The notes beneath the pieces are model-generated. The model was not told the origin of the DNA, ran no database searches, and saw only the letters and a list, made by a program, of their open reading frames with translations. DNA of 25,021 bases. Origin: Octopus sinensis (taxonomy: Eukaryota). The position numbers and the translations under genes were made by a program. Shown here one piece after another: positions 21,950 through 25,021 of this stretch. Position 1 is the stretch's first letter, and every line of letters begins with the position of its first letter. The stretch spans positions 1-25,021 of the forward strand of contig NW_021835595.1 in assembly GCF_006345805.1 (NCBI RefSeq), in the 5' to 3' direction.

Positions 21950-22055
21950 AGTCGGCTGTGCCTTTCATCTTTTCTAGCTGAACATGGGAGTTAATGTAAT
22001 CGACATACCCCCTCCCCCGAAATTGCTGGCCTTGTACCAAAATTTGAAACCAATA
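21950..22055 (+). mobile_element. SINE family A 3' fragment
   Basis: GCCTTTCATC...ATGTAATCGAC...CCCCCGAAATTGCTGGCCTTGTACCAAAATTTGAAACCAATA, the same tail as 20799-21014. Confidence 0.7.
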
Positions 22056-22317
22056 TCTTTGTTCTTCTGTCTGTTTTTTTTTTGCTTTTTTTGTAAAGTG
22101 AAAGTAATATTTTAACCGCAGTATGTTACTGGTATATAATGTATCGTTATTGGAAAGATTGAACGTAAAGTCAAAGGTGAAAATGGTAAAATTAGTTAGA
22201 CTCAAGTAAGAAAAATGAAAAAAAAAATGCAGACGAGCTAAAAAGAAAAACAGAAAAAATGTAGAAAGACTAAGCAAAAAAGAAAACCTAACAGAGATGA
22301 TACAAAAAGACTAAGTC

Positions 22318-22325
22318 CTAGTAGC

Positions 22326-22360
<35 letters not shown>

Positions 22361-22412
22361 CAGCAGTAGTTGTAGTATTATTATTATTATTAGTAGTAGT
22401 AGTAGTAGTAGT

Positions 22413-22473
<61 letters not shown>

Positions 22474-22570
22474 ATGGTGGTGGTAGCGGTGATGGTTGTA
22501 GAGGTAGTGGTGGTATTAATGCAGGTAATGGATATTGTAGAAAATGCAGAATAGTAGTGGCGGTAGTAGT
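22318..22570. repeat. Compound trinucleotide tract (GTA)n/(GCA)n/(TTA)n/(GTG)n
   Basis: Directly visible. Confidence 0.95.
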
Positions 22571-22746
22571 AGAAGAAAAAAAAGGAACGAACGCAACATA
22601 GAAAAAAAAACAAGAAAAGAAGAAAATGAAAGAGAGAAAAAGAAAAAAAACAAAACAAAATAAGAAAACCAGGAGACAAAAACAGAGAAAGATAAGAAAA
22701 CGAACAAAACGAAGTGTCCGGAAGTCATTCGGTTGTCTTTATTATT

Positions 22747-22754
<8 letters not shown>

Positions 22755-22784
<30 letters not shown>

Positions 22785-23260
22785 GGCGTGTTGTTGTGTG
22801 TATATATATATATAATATTAATATAATATATATTATATATATATATTATATAATGTATATATGTGTGTGTATAAAGTATACATATATATGTATATATGCG
22901 AGTATTTATCTACATATGCATGCGTATGTGTGTGTGCCTTAGTGCTTCAATGTATGAATGTATGTGTGTATGTATGTGTGTACGTACGTACAGATTTAAC
23001 ATTTTGAGTTTGTGACAGTCAGACTTAATCCAAACTAGCTTCTTTCGCTCCAGCGCTGACTTTCATCTTAGAATCGATTAAGTAGGAGAGGGGAGTGAAT
23101 GCAGTGTGTGTAAGTGTGCGTGCATGTGCTTGTGTGTGACACACTCGCGCATATATGTATATATATATATATATATATACACATATGTAAATACGTATAT
23201 ACATACATATTTTTACTCACGTAGACGCACATACACATACACACACACACACACACGCAC
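22755..23260. repeat. (TA)n/(TG)n/(CA)n low-complexity cluster
   Basis: Directly visible, with interspersed unique spacers. Confidence 0.85.
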
Positions 23261-23705
23261 AATTATGTAGTGACAGCAGATAAGAAGAGAGAATAAGAAA
23301 AAAAACACATAGAAACCATTCTTCCCCTCATAAACTGTTGACTGGAGATCAAAGTAGTTTCGGTGTATTACCAACAGGACTGCTAACTTGACAGTGTCGA
23401 TAGCTTTACAACAAATGCTTCAAGAGGATACTGTTCAGAAGATAGAACATTGTAAAAGAGGCGGATGACAAGAAAGGACGGTGAGCTGTATACGAAAATA
23501 TGCGGAAAATTGGGTACAATAAATATCTGATATCAATCTACGATGAAACTGATCAATTGTACATGTTTGTATTTCTACGTTGTAGACTTACAAACATATA
23601 AAATTAATCAATTTTAATGGAATTTCGCCAATTATTAGGATTTTAGCAGAAGTGTCTACATCACTTGTTCAGTCCTAGAGCATGTAACTGTATTCACACA
23701 ACATA

Positions 23706-23932
23706 TTGGGTTGGTGCATAATTATTGCGGATATTTTTAAACAAATTTTATTCAACAAAAACAATAACATGTATCTTTAAATGATTATTCCGGAGCATAT
23801 TCATCATTTACTTCAATTACTACTTCCCATTTGCTTGGCAGACGGTTAGACCGCCATTTAAAGATGTTTTTGTTAAATATTGTTATTGTTTTTGTTGAAT
23901 AAAATTTGTTGAAAAAAGCTGCACCAACCCAA
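23706..23932 (-). mobile_element. Mariner (Hsmar1/MADE1-like TIR) MITE, 227 bp, TA TSDs
   Basis: TA|TTGGGTTGGTGCATAATTATTGCGG at the left end and ...TGCACCAACCCAA|TA at the right end resemble the Hsmar1 TIR TTAGGTTGGTGCAAAAGTAATTGCGG. The interior encodes (minus) NRLPSKWEVVIEVNDEYAPE*, like the mariner C-terminal ..LP.RW..CV...G.Y.. motif. Confidence 0.9.
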
Positions 23933-24129
23933 TACTTATAAATGCACTCTGTTGTATAACCTATATAACAGTGGCAGTCGTGAACTTTACAACTTTTTTT
24001 AATGTTTACAATCGAACACATATATTTATACATCACATCGATTATCAATGCCTTGTTCAGCGTAGCCACACACTTACGGTTTGTTATCGATAAGAAAGGT
24101 TTTAATATTAATGTCGTATATAAATAATA

Positions 24130-24434
24130 GTGGAGGCACAATGGCCCATTGGTTAGGGCAGCGGACTCGCGGTCGGAGGATCGCGTTTTCGATTCCCAGA
24201 CCGGGCGTTGCGTGTGTGTTTATTAAGCGAAAACACCTAAAAAGCTCCACGAGGCTCCGGCAGGGATGGTGGTGACCCTTGTTGTACTCTTTCGCCTCTT
24301 CCTGTTTCTTGAGTAACGCTGCGATGGACTGGCGTCCCGTCCAGCTGGGGGGAACACATACGCCACAGAAACCGGGAATCCGGGCCCATGAGCCTGGCTA
24401 GGCTTGAAAAGGGGCGACGTTTATCGTTTTGTTT
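24130..24434 (+). mobile_element. Full-length tRNA-derived SINE (family C) with 13-bp TSD
   Basis: TATATAAATAATA at 24117-24129 and 24435-24447 flanks a box A/B head (TTGGTTAGGGC..., TTTCGATTCCC) and the tail CTGCGATGGACTGGCGTCCCGTCCAG...GAAACCGGGAA...GAGCC. Confidence 0.9.
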
Positions 24435-24546
24435 TATATAAATAATATGTTTCATGAGATATTTTGTTATGTTAAACCATTGTATAGTTAGTATTTCTAT
24501 TAATGATATAATAATCCACTTTATGTTATATTCTATGTGTATTGCA

Positions 24547-24615
24547 GTGAAGGCGCTTGGTGTTGTGGTTAGAGTGTTGAGTTCAAGATTGCATGACACG
24601 GTTTCGATACTCATC
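24547..24615 (+). mobile_element. Degenerate tRNA-SINE head
   Basis: GTGAAGGCGCTTGG...GTGGTTAGAGTG...GGTTTCGATAC. A similar head follows the TSD at ~21030-21100. Confidence 0.55.
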
Positions 24616-25021
24616 AATATCTTCGACATGTGCGACACACCGTGCATCACTGCAAATAATGTCGAGTTGATGGAGGTAGCGAGCTGGTGTACAACACAAA
24701 CATCTGATCACTATAAACAATCTATCTGAGCAGGTCGTTCAGCAAGGCGTTGCAGAAACCTTCTCTGTCGTCTACAACAGGAGAGTCAAATATTGCAAGG
24801 AGTTTTACTTGTGATGTTCCTGTATGTTGGATATTTATACGGAACTGTATTCTCTATCTCATTATTTCCACAACGTCTTCTGGTATGTCCGTTACGGTGA
24901 ACATATATTATTTATAATAAAATATTATCATTATAACCATTTTCTGAATCGCTTTGACTTGCAATATACTCATGCACCCCACAAGCACTCACACACGGAC
25001 ATGCTTACGTATATTGTATTA

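Noticed and set aside
22122-22205. Plus-strand exon candidate (CCGCAG...CAA|GTAAGA; MLLVYNVSLLERLNVKSKVKMVKLVRL)
   Set aside because: Short pyrimidine tract, no recognisable peptide and no linked exon; compatible with chance.
21612-22277. Longest listed ORF (221 aa, minus)
   Set aside because: A mosaic of a T-rich tract, an antisense SINE fragment and a CT repeat.
1-25021. CRISPR arrays, operons, rRNA genes or prokaryotic defence systems
   Set aside because: The sequence is eukaryotic repeat-rich DNA; there are no regularly spaced repeat-spacer units or such genes.

Overview
AT-rich eukaryotic DNA packed with microsatellites and repeats. The SINE families resemble those I associate with octopod (Octopus) genomes; this is an inference from recalled repeat motifs, not a database hit. 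No intact host protein-coding gene is recognisable, and most listed ORFs are microsatellite read-throughs. The most structured region is 886-3025, a Tx1/L1-clade LINE composite between two same-strand (TATC)n tracts. It has three parts: an inverted ORF2 C-terminal piece (zf-RVT-like, minus strand), a decayed gag-like ORF1 with a CCHC knuckle, and a second copy of the ORF2 end plus 3' UTR joined directly to ORF1 with EN and RT missing (half-L1-like). The last 42 nt of this LINE match the 3' tail of the adjacent SINEs. The window also holds a degraded RT-LINE (~12950-14100, minus), two 3' ends of a Tc1/mariner transposon, an Hsmar1-like mariner MITE, about 15 tRNA-derived SINE copies or fragments (two with clean TSDs), a 45-bp-stem hairpin with G-U-biased mismatches, and a few weak exon candidates.
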